IMG/VR virus record: IMGVR_UViG_2563366805_000009
Direction: 5' to 3' (one strand)
DNA from: a virus
Lineage: Duplodnaviria; Heunggongvirae; Uroviricota; Caudoviricetes
DNA: 40,060 bases
Positions 27,932-37,205 of this stretch are shown here, one piece after another. The position numbers and the translations under genes were made by a program. The notes beneath the pieces were generated by a model. That model saw only the letters and a program-made list of their open reading frames with translations. It had not been told where the DNA came from and ran no database searches. Each line of letters begins with the position of its first letter. Positions within the stretch are counted from its first letter, which is position 1.

Positions 27932-28533
27932 TGGATAACGCTGTATTAAATAGCGAGATTATTGCCACGAAGGCAGGGAATATTACCGTCTATAACTATG
28001 ATGGTGAAATACGGGAATATATTTCCACTTCAAATGAATATCTTGCCGTTGGTGTTGGTATCCCGGCATATTCCTGTTTAGATTCACCAGGCACATATAA
28101 GGCTGGTTATGCTATCTGCCGTTCTGCAGATTTTAACTCATGGGAATATGTGCCAGACCATCGCGGTGAAATCGTCTATAACACCGAAACGGGAGAAGCC
28201 AAAGAAATCACAACTCCGGGTGATTACCCTGAAAATACAACCACTATCGCCCCGTTAACGCCATACGATAAATGGGATGGTGAGAAATGGGTGACCGATA
28301 CTGAGGCACAGCACGGCGCAGCAGTAGATGCAGCAGAAGCACAGCGCCAGTCGCTGATTGATACTGCAATGGCCTCCATCAGTCTGATTCAACTGAAATT
28401 ACAGGCCGGACGGAAGCTGACGCAGGCAGAAACAACCCGCCTTAACGCCGTGCTGGATTACATTGACGCGGTGACGGCAACAGATACCAGCACCGCGCCG
28501 GATGTCATCTGGCCTGAACTGCCGGAGGCGTAG
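27931..28533 (+). CDS. Tfa2, copy 2
   Basis: Translation identical to 26312..26914. Confidence 0.75.
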   Translation: MDNAVLNSEIIATKAGNITVYNYDGEIREYISTSNEYLAVGVGIPAYSCLDSPGTYKAGYAICRSADFNSWEYVPDHRGEIVYNTETGEAKEITTPGDYPENTTTIAPLTPYDKWDGEKWVTDTEAQHGAAVDAAEAQRQSLIDTAMASISLIQLKLQAGRKLTQAETTRLNAVLDYIDAVTATDTSTAPDVIWPELPEA

Positions 28534-28948
28534 GCCATTCAATATCTGGTGCACCGGAAGTATCGACCAGCTCCAGTGCGTCCAGATAATCCAGCCACAA
28601 ATTATATTGCGCCAGTTCCTCACCTTTCAGACGACCAATAGCCGCTTTACCAACCCATTGTCTACTGTTCATATAATCGTTGGCCTGATTAATCAATTGC
28701 TGCTTTTTAGTTTCGGCTGATGCAATTTGTTCTTCACGTGTTGGTGGAGGAATATCTGCCCATGCAGGCAGTCCATCTTCTCCAACACATCTGTATTTTC
28801 CTTCTGGTGGTGTGTCATAGAAATATTCCCTGAAAATTACTTCGTCTATATCAACACCTTTTTCTTCAGGCCATTCACCTTTTTCAACATAAAGAGACTG
28901 AAGTTCGTAAGGATATGCCAGGTTGTTTACGTACAGATATTTCATCAT
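28505..28948 (-). CDS. Tfa1, copy 2
   Basis: Translation identical to 25897..26340. Confidence 0.75.
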   Translation of the reverse strand: MMKYLYVNNLAYPYELQSLYVEKGEWPEEKGVDIDEVIFREYFYDTPPEGKYRCVGEDGLPAWADIPPPTREEQIASAETKKQQLINQANDYMNSRQWVGKAAIGRLKGEELAQYNLWLDYLDALELVDTSGAPDIEWPTPPAVQAR

Positions 28949-29280
28949 TACCAGCCCTTAGCGAAAAACGCACCACCTTCAAGACCATAATTGCAGTGAG
29001 CTATGAAGCCGGTAGTGCTCCAGTTGGTCGCCCCCCACATATTCCCGCCCCCGAAACCACCATCGCACACAATTACAATGCCAGGTGTCTGTGTAAATGG
29101 AATCGGGAATGAAACATTGGCGGATACAGGCCCGTGTTCACCAGGAAAACTAATTCGTCCCCACTGTTCAATTGAACCATCTGGCATTTTTCGCCAGCCT
29201 GAACCTGATGCATATGATGACATATCAGGTATCTGATTTTCCCCTGTTCCCACATTCCGTTTTGCCGCTTCTCCCAAACC
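28948..29280 (-). CDS. Sv1 cassette, copy 2 (silent)
   Basis: Mirror image of 25565..25897 ([23 protein letters not shown]...). Confidence 0.7.
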   Translation of the reverse strand, partial: GLGEAAKRNVGTGENQIPDMSSYASGSGWRKMPDGSIEQWGRISFPGEHGPVSANVSFPIPFTQTPGIVIVCDGGFGGGNMWGATNWSTTGFIAHCNYGLEGGAFFAKGW

Positions 29281-29294
29281 AACGTTTAAGAAAA
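29269..29294. other. Crossover site ix4 (Sv1 half / invertase-side half)
   Basis: TTCTCCCAAACC-AA-CGTTTAAGAAAA. Confidence 0.7.
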
Positions 29295-29349
29295 TGCAGA
29301 GGTAACAGCTAACTGGCATCATCTCCGGTTTTTATTCAGGGGGATGATC

Positions 29350-29916
29350 ATGCTTATTGGCTATGTACGCGTGTCAACAAATGACCAGAACACCGATTTG
29401 CAACGTAATGCACTGAACTGCGCGGGATGTGAGCGGATTTTTGAGGACAAAATCAGTGGCACTAAGTCCGACAGACCGGGGCTGAAAAAACTACTCAGGA
29501 CACTATCGGCAGGAGACACGCTGGTTGTCTGGAAGCTGGACAGGTTGGGGCGCAGTATGCGGCATCTTGTTACGCTGATAGAAGAGTTGCGCCAGCGTGG
29601 TGTGAATTTCAGAAGCCTGACTGACAGTATTGATACCAGTACCCCAATGGGCCGTTTCTTTTTTCATGTCATGGGTGCCCTGGCTGAAATGGAACGCGAA
29701 CTGATAGTTGAACGTACCAGGGCAGGGCTGGCTGCAGCTCGTGCCAAAGGCAGAGTAGGTGGACGCCGTCCTAAGTTGACCACCGAACAGTGGGCACAGA
29801 TTGGGCGTTTACTCGAGGCCGGAGAATCAAGACAGCGTATTGCACTGATTTTTGATGTAGGCGTTTCTACCATTTATAGAAAATTTCCGGCAAATAAGAT
29901 CAATGAATCCCCCTGA
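29350..29916 (+). CDS. Serine DNA invertase (Hin/Gin/Cin/Pin family)
   Basis: MLIGYVRVSTNDQNTDLQRNAL..DTLVVWKLDRLGRSMRHL..MGRFFFHVMGALAEMERELI is near-identical in pattern to e14 Pin / Mu Gin. It has a C-terminal HTH. Confidence 0.95.
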   Translation: MLIGYVRVSTNDQNTDLQRNALNCAGCERIFEDKISGTKSDRPGLKKLLRTLSAGDTLVVWKLDRLGRSMRHLVTLIEELRQRGVNFRSLTDSIDTSTPMGRFFFHVMGALAEMERELIVERTRAGLAAARAKGRVGGRRPKLTTEQWAQIGRLLEAGESRQRIALIFDVGVSTIYRKFPANKINESP

Positions 29917-29964
29917 ATCAGCATTATGTTGATTATCCCTGCAAGCAGACAAATACCGTTATTT

Positions 29965-29982
29965 TGTGTGAATAACGACACA
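29965..29982. promoter_or_regulatory. Ogr-type late-promoter dyad (PF)
   Basis: TGTGTGAATAACGACACA (TGT-N12-ACA), located between the invertase gene and FI. Confidence 0.6.
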
Positions 29983-30058
29983 ACTGCGTTTAGCTGTTTG
30001 TCAGGCACAATCACTTCAACATAGGGCGAAGCCTAATCCAATCAGGAGGTTCGCCACT

Positions 30059-31231
30059 ATGGCTCAGGATTACCACCACGGGGTGCGCGTTGTTGAAGTC
30101 AACGAAGGCACCCGATCTATTACCACGGTGAGCACCGCCATCGTGGGTATGGTCTGCACGGGCGATGATGCCGATGCAAAAATGTTTCCTCTTAATAAAC
30201 CCGTGCTGATCACTGATGTGCTGACTGCCAGCGGTAAAGCGGGTGAGTCCGGTACTCTGGCCCGTTCGCTGGATGCCATCGCTGACCAGGCAAAACCCGT
30301 GACCATTGTTGTGCGTGTGCCGCAGGGTGAAACGGAAGACGAAACCACGACCAATATCATCGGCGCAGTGACTGCTGAAGGTAAAAAAACAGGTATGAAA
30401 GCCCTGTTATCTGCCCAGTCACAGCTCGGCGTTAAACCGCGCATTCTCGGCGTGCCAGGCCACGACACCAAGGCGGTGGCTACTGAGTTGCTGAGCGTGG
30501 CGCAAAGCCTGCGTGGATTTGCTTACCTGTCAGCGTATGGCTGCAAGACAGTGCAGGAGGCGATCACTTACCGCGAAAACTTCAGCCAGCGCGAAGGGAT
30601 GCTGATCTGGCCTGACTTTACTGGCTGGGACACGGTGCTGAATGCCGAAGCAACGGCATATGCCACCGCTCGTGCGCTTGGTCTGCGCGCCAAAATTGAC
30701 GAGCAGACCGGATGGCACAAAAGCCTGTCCAACGTGGGCGTGAACGGTGTCACCGGAATTTCTGCAGATGTGTTCTGGGATCTGCAGGACCCGGCAACCG
30801 ATGCAGGTCTGCTGAACCAGAAAGACGTCACCACGCTTGTGCGTAAAGACGGTTTCCGCTTCTGGGGTTCCCGCTGCCTGAGTGATGACCCGCTCTTTGC
30901 CTTCGAAAACTACACCCGCACGGCGCAGGTGCTGATGGACACGATGGCAGAAGCACACATGTGGGCGGTGGATAAACCGCTTAACCCGTCGCTGGCCCGC
31001 GACATTATCGAAGGTATCCGCGCCAAAATGCGCAGCCTGGTCAGTCAGGGCTATCTCATTGGTGGTGATTGCTGGCTGGATGAGTCGGTGAACGACAAAG
31101 ACACGCTGAAAGCCGGAAAACTCACCATCGACTACGACTACACGCCAGTGCCGCCACTTGAAAACCTGATGCTGCGTCAGCGCATCACCGATCAGTACCT
31201 GGTGAATTTCGCCAGCCAGGTCAGCGCGTAA
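30059..31231 (+). CDS. FI: Contractile tail sheath protein FI
   Basis: 390 aa. [13 protein letters not shown]... is a typical P2 FI start. Confidence 0.9.
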   Translation: MAQDYHHGVRVVEVNEGTRSITTVSTAIVGMVCTGDDADAKMFPLNKPVLITDVLTASGKAGESGTLARSLDAIADQAKPVTIVVRVPQGETEDETTTNIIGAVTAEGKKTGMKALLSAQSQLGVKPRILGVPGHDTKAVATELLSVAQSLRGFAYLSAYGCKTVQEAITYRENFSQREGMLIWPDFTGWDTVLNAEATAYATARALGLRAKIDEQTGWHKSLSNVGVNGVTGISADVFWDLQDPATDAGLLNQKDVTTLVRKDGFRFWGSRCLSDDPLFAFENYTRTAQVLMDTMAEAHMWAVDKPLNPSLARDIIEGIRAKMRSLVSQGYLIGGDCWLDESVNDKDTLKAGKLTIDYDYTPVPPLENLMLRQRITDQYLVNFASQVSA

Positions 31232-31240
31232 GGGGACAAC

Positions 31241-31756
31241 ATGGCTTTACCACGCAAATTAAAACACCTGAACCTGTTTAACGACGGGAACAACTGGCAG
31301 GGGATCGTTGAGTCGCTGACGCTGCCGAAATTTACCCGCAAATATGAGAAGTATCGCGGCGGCGGAATGCCGGGTGCGGTGGATGTGGATCTGGGGCTTG
31401 ATGACAGTGCGCTGGACACAGAATTTTCCATTGGTGGTACTGAATTGCTGCTGTTTAAACAGATGGGTAAAGCCACGGTGGATGGCATCCAGCTGCGCTT
31501 TACCGGCTCTATTCAGCGTGACGATACCGGGGAAGTGCAGGCCGTGGAGCTTGTCGTGCGTGGACGTCACAAAGAAGTGGATTCCGGCGAGTGGAAGACG
31601 GGCGAAAGCAACACCACCAAAGTGACCAGTACCAACAGCTACGCGAAGCTGACCATCAATGGTGAGGTGCTCTATGAAGTGGACCTTATCAACATGGTGG
31701 AAATTGTGGACGGTGTGGACCTGATGGAAGCGCACCGCAACGCCCTCGGCCTCTGA
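31241..31756 (+). CDS. FII: Tail tube protein FII
   Basis: 171 aa. MALPRKLKHLNLFNDG... is P2 FII-like. Confidence 0.9.
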   Translation: MALPRKLKHLNLFNDGNNWQGIVESLTLPKFTRKYEKYRGGGMPGAVDVDLGLDDSALDTEFSIGGTELLLFKQMGKATVDGIQLRFTGSIQRDDTGEVQAVELVVRGRHKEVDSGEWKTGESNTTKVTSTNSYAKLTINGEVLYEVDLINMVEIVDGVDLMEAHRNALGL

Positions 31757-31810
31757 TATATCTGAACGGCGCGGGATACCGCGCCAGAACCCAATTGACA
31801 GGACAGCAAA

Positions 31811-32113
31811 ATGAGCGATAAGCAGACTGAAAAGACCATTCAACTGGATACCCCCATCAAGCGCGGTAAAACAGAAATCACCGAAATTGTGCTGCGTAAA
31901 CCGCAGTCCGGTGCGCTGCGCGGTACACGCCTGCAGGCCATTATGGATATGGATGTAAACGCGATGATGACCGTGATCCCCCGCATCTCCAGTCCGGCAC
32001 TGACTGCACAGGAAATTGCAGAGATGGACCCGGCAGATCTCACTGCCATGTCGGTTGAGGTTGTCACTTTTTTGTTGAAGAAGTCGGTGCTTGCCGGTTT
32101 ACCGACAGCCTGA
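31811..32113 (+). CDS. E: Tail assembly chaperone gpE
   Basis: 100 aa, upstream of the tape measure gene. Confidence 0.85.
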   Translation: MSDKQTEKTIQLDTPIKRGKTEITEIVLRKPQSGALRGTRLQAIMDMDVNAMMTVIPRISSPALTAQEIAEMDPADLTAMSVEVVTFLLKKSVLAGLPTA

Positions 32114-32247
32114 CGGTTGACGATCTGGTGGCAGATATCGCCACCATTTTTCACTGGCCGCCATCCGTTACTGACGTTATGCCGCTGACCGAAGTGCTGG
32201 AATGGCGGTATAAAGCGATTCAGAGAAGCGGGGCCAACGATGAGTGA
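31811..32247 (+). CDS. E+E': gpE+E' produced by a programmed -1 frameshift at T_TTT_TTG (32068..32074)
   Basis: Hand translation of the -1 frame from 32068 gives FFVEEVGACRFTDSLTVDDLVADIATIFHWPPSVTDVMPLTEVLEWRYKAIQRSGANDE, with a stop at 32245-47 overlapping the T start. The slippery heptamer is the same as in P2. Confidence 0.8.
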
Positions 32248-35200
32248 TAACAACCTGCGTCTGCAGGTCATTCTTAATGCGGTTGACAAGCTTACCCGCC
32301 CATTTCGATCTGCGCAGGCCAGTTCAAGAGAACTGGCTGCTGCTGTCAAAAAATCCCGCGATGCAATAAAGCAGCTTGATCAGGCCGGGAGCAGTCTGGA
32401 CAGCTTCCGAAAGCTGCAGGCAGAAAATCAGAAATTAGGCGACAGGCTGAACTATGCCCGCCAGCGTGCAAATTTGCTCAGTCAGGAACTGGGAGCGATG
32501 GGGCCGCCTTCGCAACGTCAGGTTGTTGCTCTGGGCCGTCAACGGCTGGCTGTTCAGCGCCTGGAAGAACGCCAGAAAAAGCTGCAGCAGCAGACGGCGC
32601 TTGTGCGTGCTGAACTGTACCGGGCGGGAATTTCTGCGAAAGACGATGCGGGAGCAACTGCCCGTTTAGCCCGTGAAACATCACGTTATAACCAGGAACT
32701 TTCGAAACAGGAGGCGCGGCTGAAGCGACTGGGGGAAGCTCAGCGCAGGATGAATGCAGCGCGTGCCAGTTATGCCCGTTCGCTGGAGGTGCGTGATCGT
32801 ATTGCAGGTGCCGGAGCCACCACCACGGCTGCAGGGCTGGCAATGGGCGCACCAGTGATGGCGGCAGTAAAAAGCTATACCAGCATGGAAGATGCCATGA
32901 AAGGTGTGGCAAAGCAGGTCAATGGTCTGCGTGACGATAATGGCAACCGCACTGCACGTTTTTATGAAATGCAGGATGCCATCAAGGCTGCCAGCGAACA
33001 GTTGCCGATGGAAAACGGTGCGGTGGATTTCGCTGCACTGGTTGAAGGTGGTGCGCGCATGAACGTCGCAAACCCTGACGACAGTTGGGAAGATCAGAAA
33101 CGTGACCTGCTGGCCTTCGCCAGTACGGCAGCAAAGGCGGCAACAGCCTTTGAGCTGCCAGCGGATGAACTGTCAGAAAGTCTGGGGAAAATCGCCCAGC
33201 TCTACAAAATCCCCACCCGCAATATTGAACAGCTCGGCGATGCGCTGAACTATCTGGATGATAACGCCATGTCGAAAGGGGCAGACATCATTGATGTGAT
33301 GCAACGTCTGGGCGGTGTGGCTGACCGTCTGGATTATCGTAAAGCGGCGGCGCTGGGTTCCACCTTCCTGACACTGGGCGCTGCGCCAGAGGTTGCAGCC
33401 AGTGCAGCAAACGCGATGGTGCGTGAATTGTCCATTGCCACCATGCAAAGCAAGAGTTTCTTTGAAGGGATGAATCTGCTGAAACTCAATCCTGAAGTGA
33501 TTGAAAAGCAGATGACGAAGGATGCGATGGGAACCATCCAGCGCGTGCTGGAGAAGGTAAACGCGCTGCCGCAGGACAAGCGCCTGTCTGCCATGACTAT
33601 GTTGTTTGGTAAAGAGTTTGGCGATGACGCGGCGAAACTGGCAAACAACCTGCCGGAACTGCAGCGTCAGTTAAAACTGACAGCGGGCAATGATGCGCTC
33701 GGCTCCATGCAGAAAGAATCCGACATTAACAAGGATTCACTTTCTGCGCAGTGGTTGCAGGTCAAAACCGGAGCGCAGAACACCTTCAGCAGTCTGGGCG
33801 AAACGCTGCGCCAGCCGCTGATGGATATTCTGTACACGGTGAAAAGCGTCACGGGGGCGTTGCGTCGCTGGGTGGAAGCTAACCCGGAACTGACAGGCAC
33901 ACTGATGAAAGCATCGGCTGTTGTGGCTGCGGTTACCGTCGGCCTAGGCACCTTAGCGGTGGCGATGGCTGCAGTGCTGGGGCCGCTGGCAGTGATCCGT
34001 CTGGGATTCTCTGTGCTGGGTATCAAAACGTTACCTTCCGTTACGGCAGCAGTAACTCGAACCAGCAACGCGTTGTCCTGGTTGGCTGGCGCTCCACTGG
34101 CACTGCTGCGACGCGGGCTTGCTTCATCGGGCAACGCCGCAGGTTTACTTACTGCGCCGTTGTCGTCTTTGCGCCGCACGGCATCACTGACGGGAAATGT
34201 CCTGAAAACTGTAGCAGGTGCGCCAGTTGCACTTTTGCGGTCTGGATTATCCGGTTTACGTGCTGTTGCTGTGATGTTTATGAATCCTCTGGCGGTACTG
34301 CGCGGTGGACTGGCCGCCGCAGGCACGGTGCTGCGAGTACTGGCATCTGGTCCACTGGCGATGCTGCGCGTTGCCCTGTATGCCATATCTGGTCTGTTAG
34401 GTGCTCTGCTCAGTCCGATAGGTCTTGTGGTTACTGCACTGGCGGGCGTGGCGCTGGTTGTCTGGAAATACTGGCAACCCATCACCGCATTTCTCGGTGG
34501 CGTGGTGGAAGGATTCAAAGCGGCGGCAGGTCCCATCAGTGCAGCGTTCGAACCGCTTAAGCCCGTGTTCCAGTGGATTGGCGACAAAGTGCAGGCGCTG
34601 TGGGGCTGGTTTACTGATCTGCTGACGCCCGTTAAGTCGACCTCTGCCGAACTGCAGAGCGCAGCGGCAATGGGGCGGCGATTCGGGGAGGCACTGGCGG
34701 AAGGGCTGAATATGGTCATGCATCCGCTGGACTCCCTGAAATCCGGCGTTTCCTGGTTGCTGGAGAAGCTCGGCATTGTCAGTAAAGAGGCCGCAAAGGC
34801 AAAACTGCCGGAAAGCGTGACGCGTCAGCAACCTGCGACGGTGAATGCAGACGGTAAAGTGATGATGCCATCGGGTGGTTTTCCATCATGGGGATATGGC
34901 TTTGCGGGGATGTATGACAGCGGCGGGTATATCCCGCGCAGGCAGTTTGGCATCGTCGGTGAAAACGGACCGGAAATTGTTAACGGCCCGGCAAATGTGA
35001 CCAGCCGGAGAAATACAGCTGCACTGGCTGCCGTTGTTGCCGGAATGATGGGCGTTGCTGCCGCGCCAGCAGAGCTTCCACCGTTGCACCCCTTGGCACT
35101 TCCCGCGAAAGGTGGAGAAGCAATTGTGAGTCGCGCAGCCACTGTGCCGCTCGTTCAACGGATTGAGGCACCGACGCAGATCATCATTCAGACGCAGCCA

Positions 35201-35317
35201 GGACAAAGTGCGCAGGATATTGCGCGGGAGGTGGCACGCCAGCTTGATGAACGTGAACGCAGGCTGAAGGCAAAAGCCAGGAGTAACTACAGCGATCAGG
35301 GGGGATACGACGCATGA
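32240..35317 (+). CDS. T: Tail tape measure protein gpT
   Basis: 1025 aa with a coiled-coil N-terminus and a hydrophobic repeated central region. Confidence 0.9.
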   Translation: MSDNNLRLQVILNAVDKLTRPFRSAQASSRELAAAVKKSRDAIKQLDQAGSSLDSFRKLQAENQKLGDRLNYARQRANLLSQELGAMGPPSQRQVVALGRQRLAVQRLEERQKKLQQQTALVRAELYRAGISAKDDAGATARLARETSRYNQELSKQEARLKRLGEAQRRMNAARASYARSLEVRDRIAGAGATTTAAGLAMGAPVMAAVKSYTSMEDAMKGVAKQVNGLRDDNGNRTARFYEMQDAIKAASEQLPMENGAVDFAALVEGGARMNVANPDDSWEDQKRDLLAFASTAAKAATAFELPADELSESLGKIAQLYKIPTRNIEQLGDALNYLDDNAMSKGADIIDVMQRLGGVADRLDYRKAAALGSTFLTLGAAPEVAASAANAMVRELSIATMQSKSFFEGMNLLKLNPEVIEKQMTKDAMGTIQRVLEKVNALPQDKRLSAMTMLFGKEFGDDAAKLANNLPELQRQLKLTAGNDALGSMQKESDINKDSLSAQWLQVKTGAQNTFSSLGETLRQPLMDILYTVKSVTGALRRWVEANPELTGTLMKASAVVAAVTVGLGTLAVAMAAVLGPLAVIRLGFSVLGIKTLPSVTAAVTRTSNALSWLAGAPLALLRRGLASSGNAAGLLTAPLSSLRRTASLTGNVLKTVAGAPVALLRSGLSGLRAVAVMFMNPLAVLRGGLAAAGTVLRVLASGPLAMLRVALYAISGLLGALLSPIGLVVTALAGVALVVWKYWQPITAFLGGVVEGFKAAAGPISAAFEPLKPVFQWIGDKVQALWGWFTDLLTPVKSTSAELQSAAAMGRRFGEALAEGLNMVMHPLDSLKSGVSWLLEKLGIVSKEAAKAKLPESVTRQQPATVNADGKVMMPSGGFPSWGYGFAGMYDSGGYIPRRQFGIVGENGPEIVNGPANVTSRRNTAALAAVVAGMMGVAAAPAELPPLHPLALPAKGGEAIVSRAATVPLVQRIEAPTQIIIQTQPGQSAQDIAREVARQLDERERRLKAKARSNYSDQGGYDA

Positions 35318-35799
35318 TGATGGTGCTGGGATTGTACGTGTTTATGCTGCGCACCGTTCCGTATCAGGAACTGCAGTATCAACGCAGCTGGCGACATGCG
35401 GCAAACAGTCGGGTAAACCGACGTCCGTCCACGCAGTTTCTGGGACCGGAAAACGACATGCTGACGCTTTCCGGTGTTCTTATGCCGGAAATAACAGGCG
35501 GCAGGCTGTCGTTGCTGGCACTGGAGCAGATGGCAGAACAGGGGAAAGCATGGCCCCTGATTGAAGGCAGCGGCACGATTTACGGCATGTATGTGATTGA
35601 GGGACTGAATCAGACTAAAACGGAGTTTTTCCGCGACGGTATGCCGCGCCGGATTGAGTTCACCCTGTCGCTCAAACGAGTGGATGAATCCCTGTCCGAT
35701 ATGTTCGGTGATCTCAGTGCGCAACTGAATAATCTGCAGGACACGGCAACGTCTGCCTTAAGCGATATCAGTAAAACGGTGGGAGGGCTGCTGTCGTGA
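35314..35799 (+). CDS. U: Tail protein gpU
   Basis: 161 aa. P2 gene order, overlapping the stop of T. Confidence 0.85.
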   Translation: MMMVLGLYVFMLRTVPYQELQYQRSWRHAANSRVNRRPSTQFLGPENDMLTLSGVLMPEITGGRLSLLALEQMAEQGKAWPLIEGSGTIYGMYVIEGLNQTKTEFFRDGMPRRIEFTLSLKRVDESLSDMFGDLSAQLNNLQDTATSALSDISKTVGGLLS

Positions 35800-36896
35800 A
35801 TTTCAGCTCTGAACTGCTTAACAAAGGCAACAAAACTCCCGCATTCAGCATCAGTATTGAGGGCAGGGATATCACCACTGTGCTGGATAACCGCCTGATG
35901 AGTTTGACGCTGACGGATAACCGGGGCTTTGAAGCGGACCAGCTTGATCTGGAGCTGGATGACGCTGACGGAAAAATCGTGCTGCCGCGCCGTGGTGCGG
36001 TTATTACGCTGGCGCTGGGCTGGAAGGGGCAGCCGCTTTTCCCGAAAGGGGCATTCACAGTGGACGAGATTGAACACACTGGCGCACCGGACCGCCTGAC
36101 TATCCGGGCGCGAAGTGCTGATTTTAGGGAAACGCTGAATACCCGCCGTGAAAAATCGTGGCACAAGACCACTGTCGGGGAAGTGGTGAAGGAAATAGCC
36201 GCGCGTCATAAGCTGAAGATGGCACTGGGTAAAGACCTGTCGGATAAGCCCGTGGAGCATATAGACCAGACTAATGAGAGTGACGGCAGTTTTCTGATGC
36301 GGCTGGCGCGCCAGTACGGTGCCATCGCGTCGGTGAAAAATGGCAATCTGTTATTCATCCGGCAGGGACAGGGCAAAAGCGCCAGCGGTAAACCACTGCC
36401 GGTGATCTCAATCACACGTAAGGACGGCGACAGTCACCGCTTTACCCTGGCAGATCGCGGAGCCTACACGGGCGTAATTGCCAGCTGGTTGCATACCCGC
36501 GAACCCGCGAAGAAAGAAAGCACCACGGTGAAGCGTAAGCGCAGGACTAAGAAGCAGAAGAAAGAGCCGGAAGCGAAGCAGGGCGATTACCTGGTGGGTA
36601 CAGATGAAAACGTGCTGGTACTTAATCGCACCTATGCCAACCGGAGCAACGCCGAACGGGCGGCGAAAATGCAGTGGGAACGCCTGCAACGCGGCGTTGC
36701 GTCATTCTCGCTACAACTGGCAGAAGGTCGGGCAGATCTCTACACGGAAATGCCAGTGAAAGTCAGTGGCTTTAAACAGCCGATAGATGATGCGGAATGG
36801 ACCATTACGACTCTGACGCATACTGTCAGCCCGGATAACGGTTTTACGACCAGTTTGGAGCTTGAAGTGAAGATTGATGATTTCGAAATGGAATGA
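35796..36896 (+). CDS. D: Tail protein / late control protein gpD
   Basis: 366 aa. P2 D family by position and sequence type. Confidence 0.85.
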   Translation: MNFSSELLNKGNKTPAFSISIEGRDITTVLDNRLMSLTLTDNRGFEADQLDLELDDADGKIVLPRRGAVITLALGWKGQPLFPKGAFTVDEIEHTGAPDRLTIRARSADFRETLNTRREKSWHKTTVGEVVKEIAARHKLKMALGKDLSDKPVEHIDQTNESDGSFLMRLARQYGAIASVKNGNLLFIRQGQGKSASGKPLPVISITRKDGDSHRFTLADRGAYTGVIASWLHTREPAKKESTTVKRKRRTKKQKKEPEAKQGDYLVGTDENVLVLNRTYANRSNAERAAKMQWERLQRGVASFSLQLAEGRADLYTEMPVKVSGFKQPIDDAEWTITTLTHTVSPDNGFTTSLELEVKIDDFEME

Positions 36897-36986
36897 TTCT
36901 TCGCAATGGAGAACTTTTAAGTTTTCAAAATGGAATAATGCGGTATCATTATTGTGAATTTAGCAAAAATGGGGAGAGCTCGAAAA

Positions 36987-37205
36987 ATGATGATTTGCCC
37001 ACTGTGTGGAAGTGCCGCCCATACTCGCAGCAGTTTTCAGGTATCTTCATTGACCAAAGAGCGTTACAACCAGTGCCAGAACATTAACTGCAGCCATACT
37101 TTTGTTACCCATGAAACTTTTGTTCGTTCGATTGCAACGCCAAAAGAGTCAAATCCGGTTCAGCCGCATCCAATGAAATCAGGACAGGTGGCGCTCTCTC
37201 TTTGA
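36987..37205 (+). CDS. ogr: Ogr late-gene transcription activator (Cys4 zinc finger)
   Basis: MMICPLCGSAAHTRSS..KERYNQCQNINCSHTF matches the P2 Ogr pattern CPLC..(KERYHQCQN)..C. 72 aa from ATG 36987, the same length as P2 Ogr. Confidence 0.9.
   Translation: MMICPLCGSAAHTRSSFQVSSLTKERYNQCQNINCSHTFVTHETFVRSIATPKESNPVQPHPMKSGQVALSL

Larger units (their letters stand above)
25563..29282. repeat. Large inverted repeat: arms 25563..27395 and 27450..29282 (1833 bp each), 54-bp spacer
   Basis: Mirror symmetry x+y=54845. Paired ORFs have identical translations. Two 60-nt stretches checked by hand are exact reverse complements. Confidence 0.9.

Noticed and set aside
25563-29282. Whether the large repeat could be a CRISPR array or a composite transposon
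   Set aside because: There are only two arms, in inverted orientation, and they are fully coding (tail-fibre cassettes and chaperones). They are bounded by hix-like sites next to a serine invertase. No short repeat-spacer periodicity and no transposase are present.
33667-34776. 369-aa ORF on the minus strand
   Set aside because: It lies entirely antisense within the tape-measure gene T. Its Ala/Ser/Pro/Arg-rich, low-complexity translation is typical of open antisense frames in GC-rich coding DNA, and I saw no RBS-like sequence upstream.
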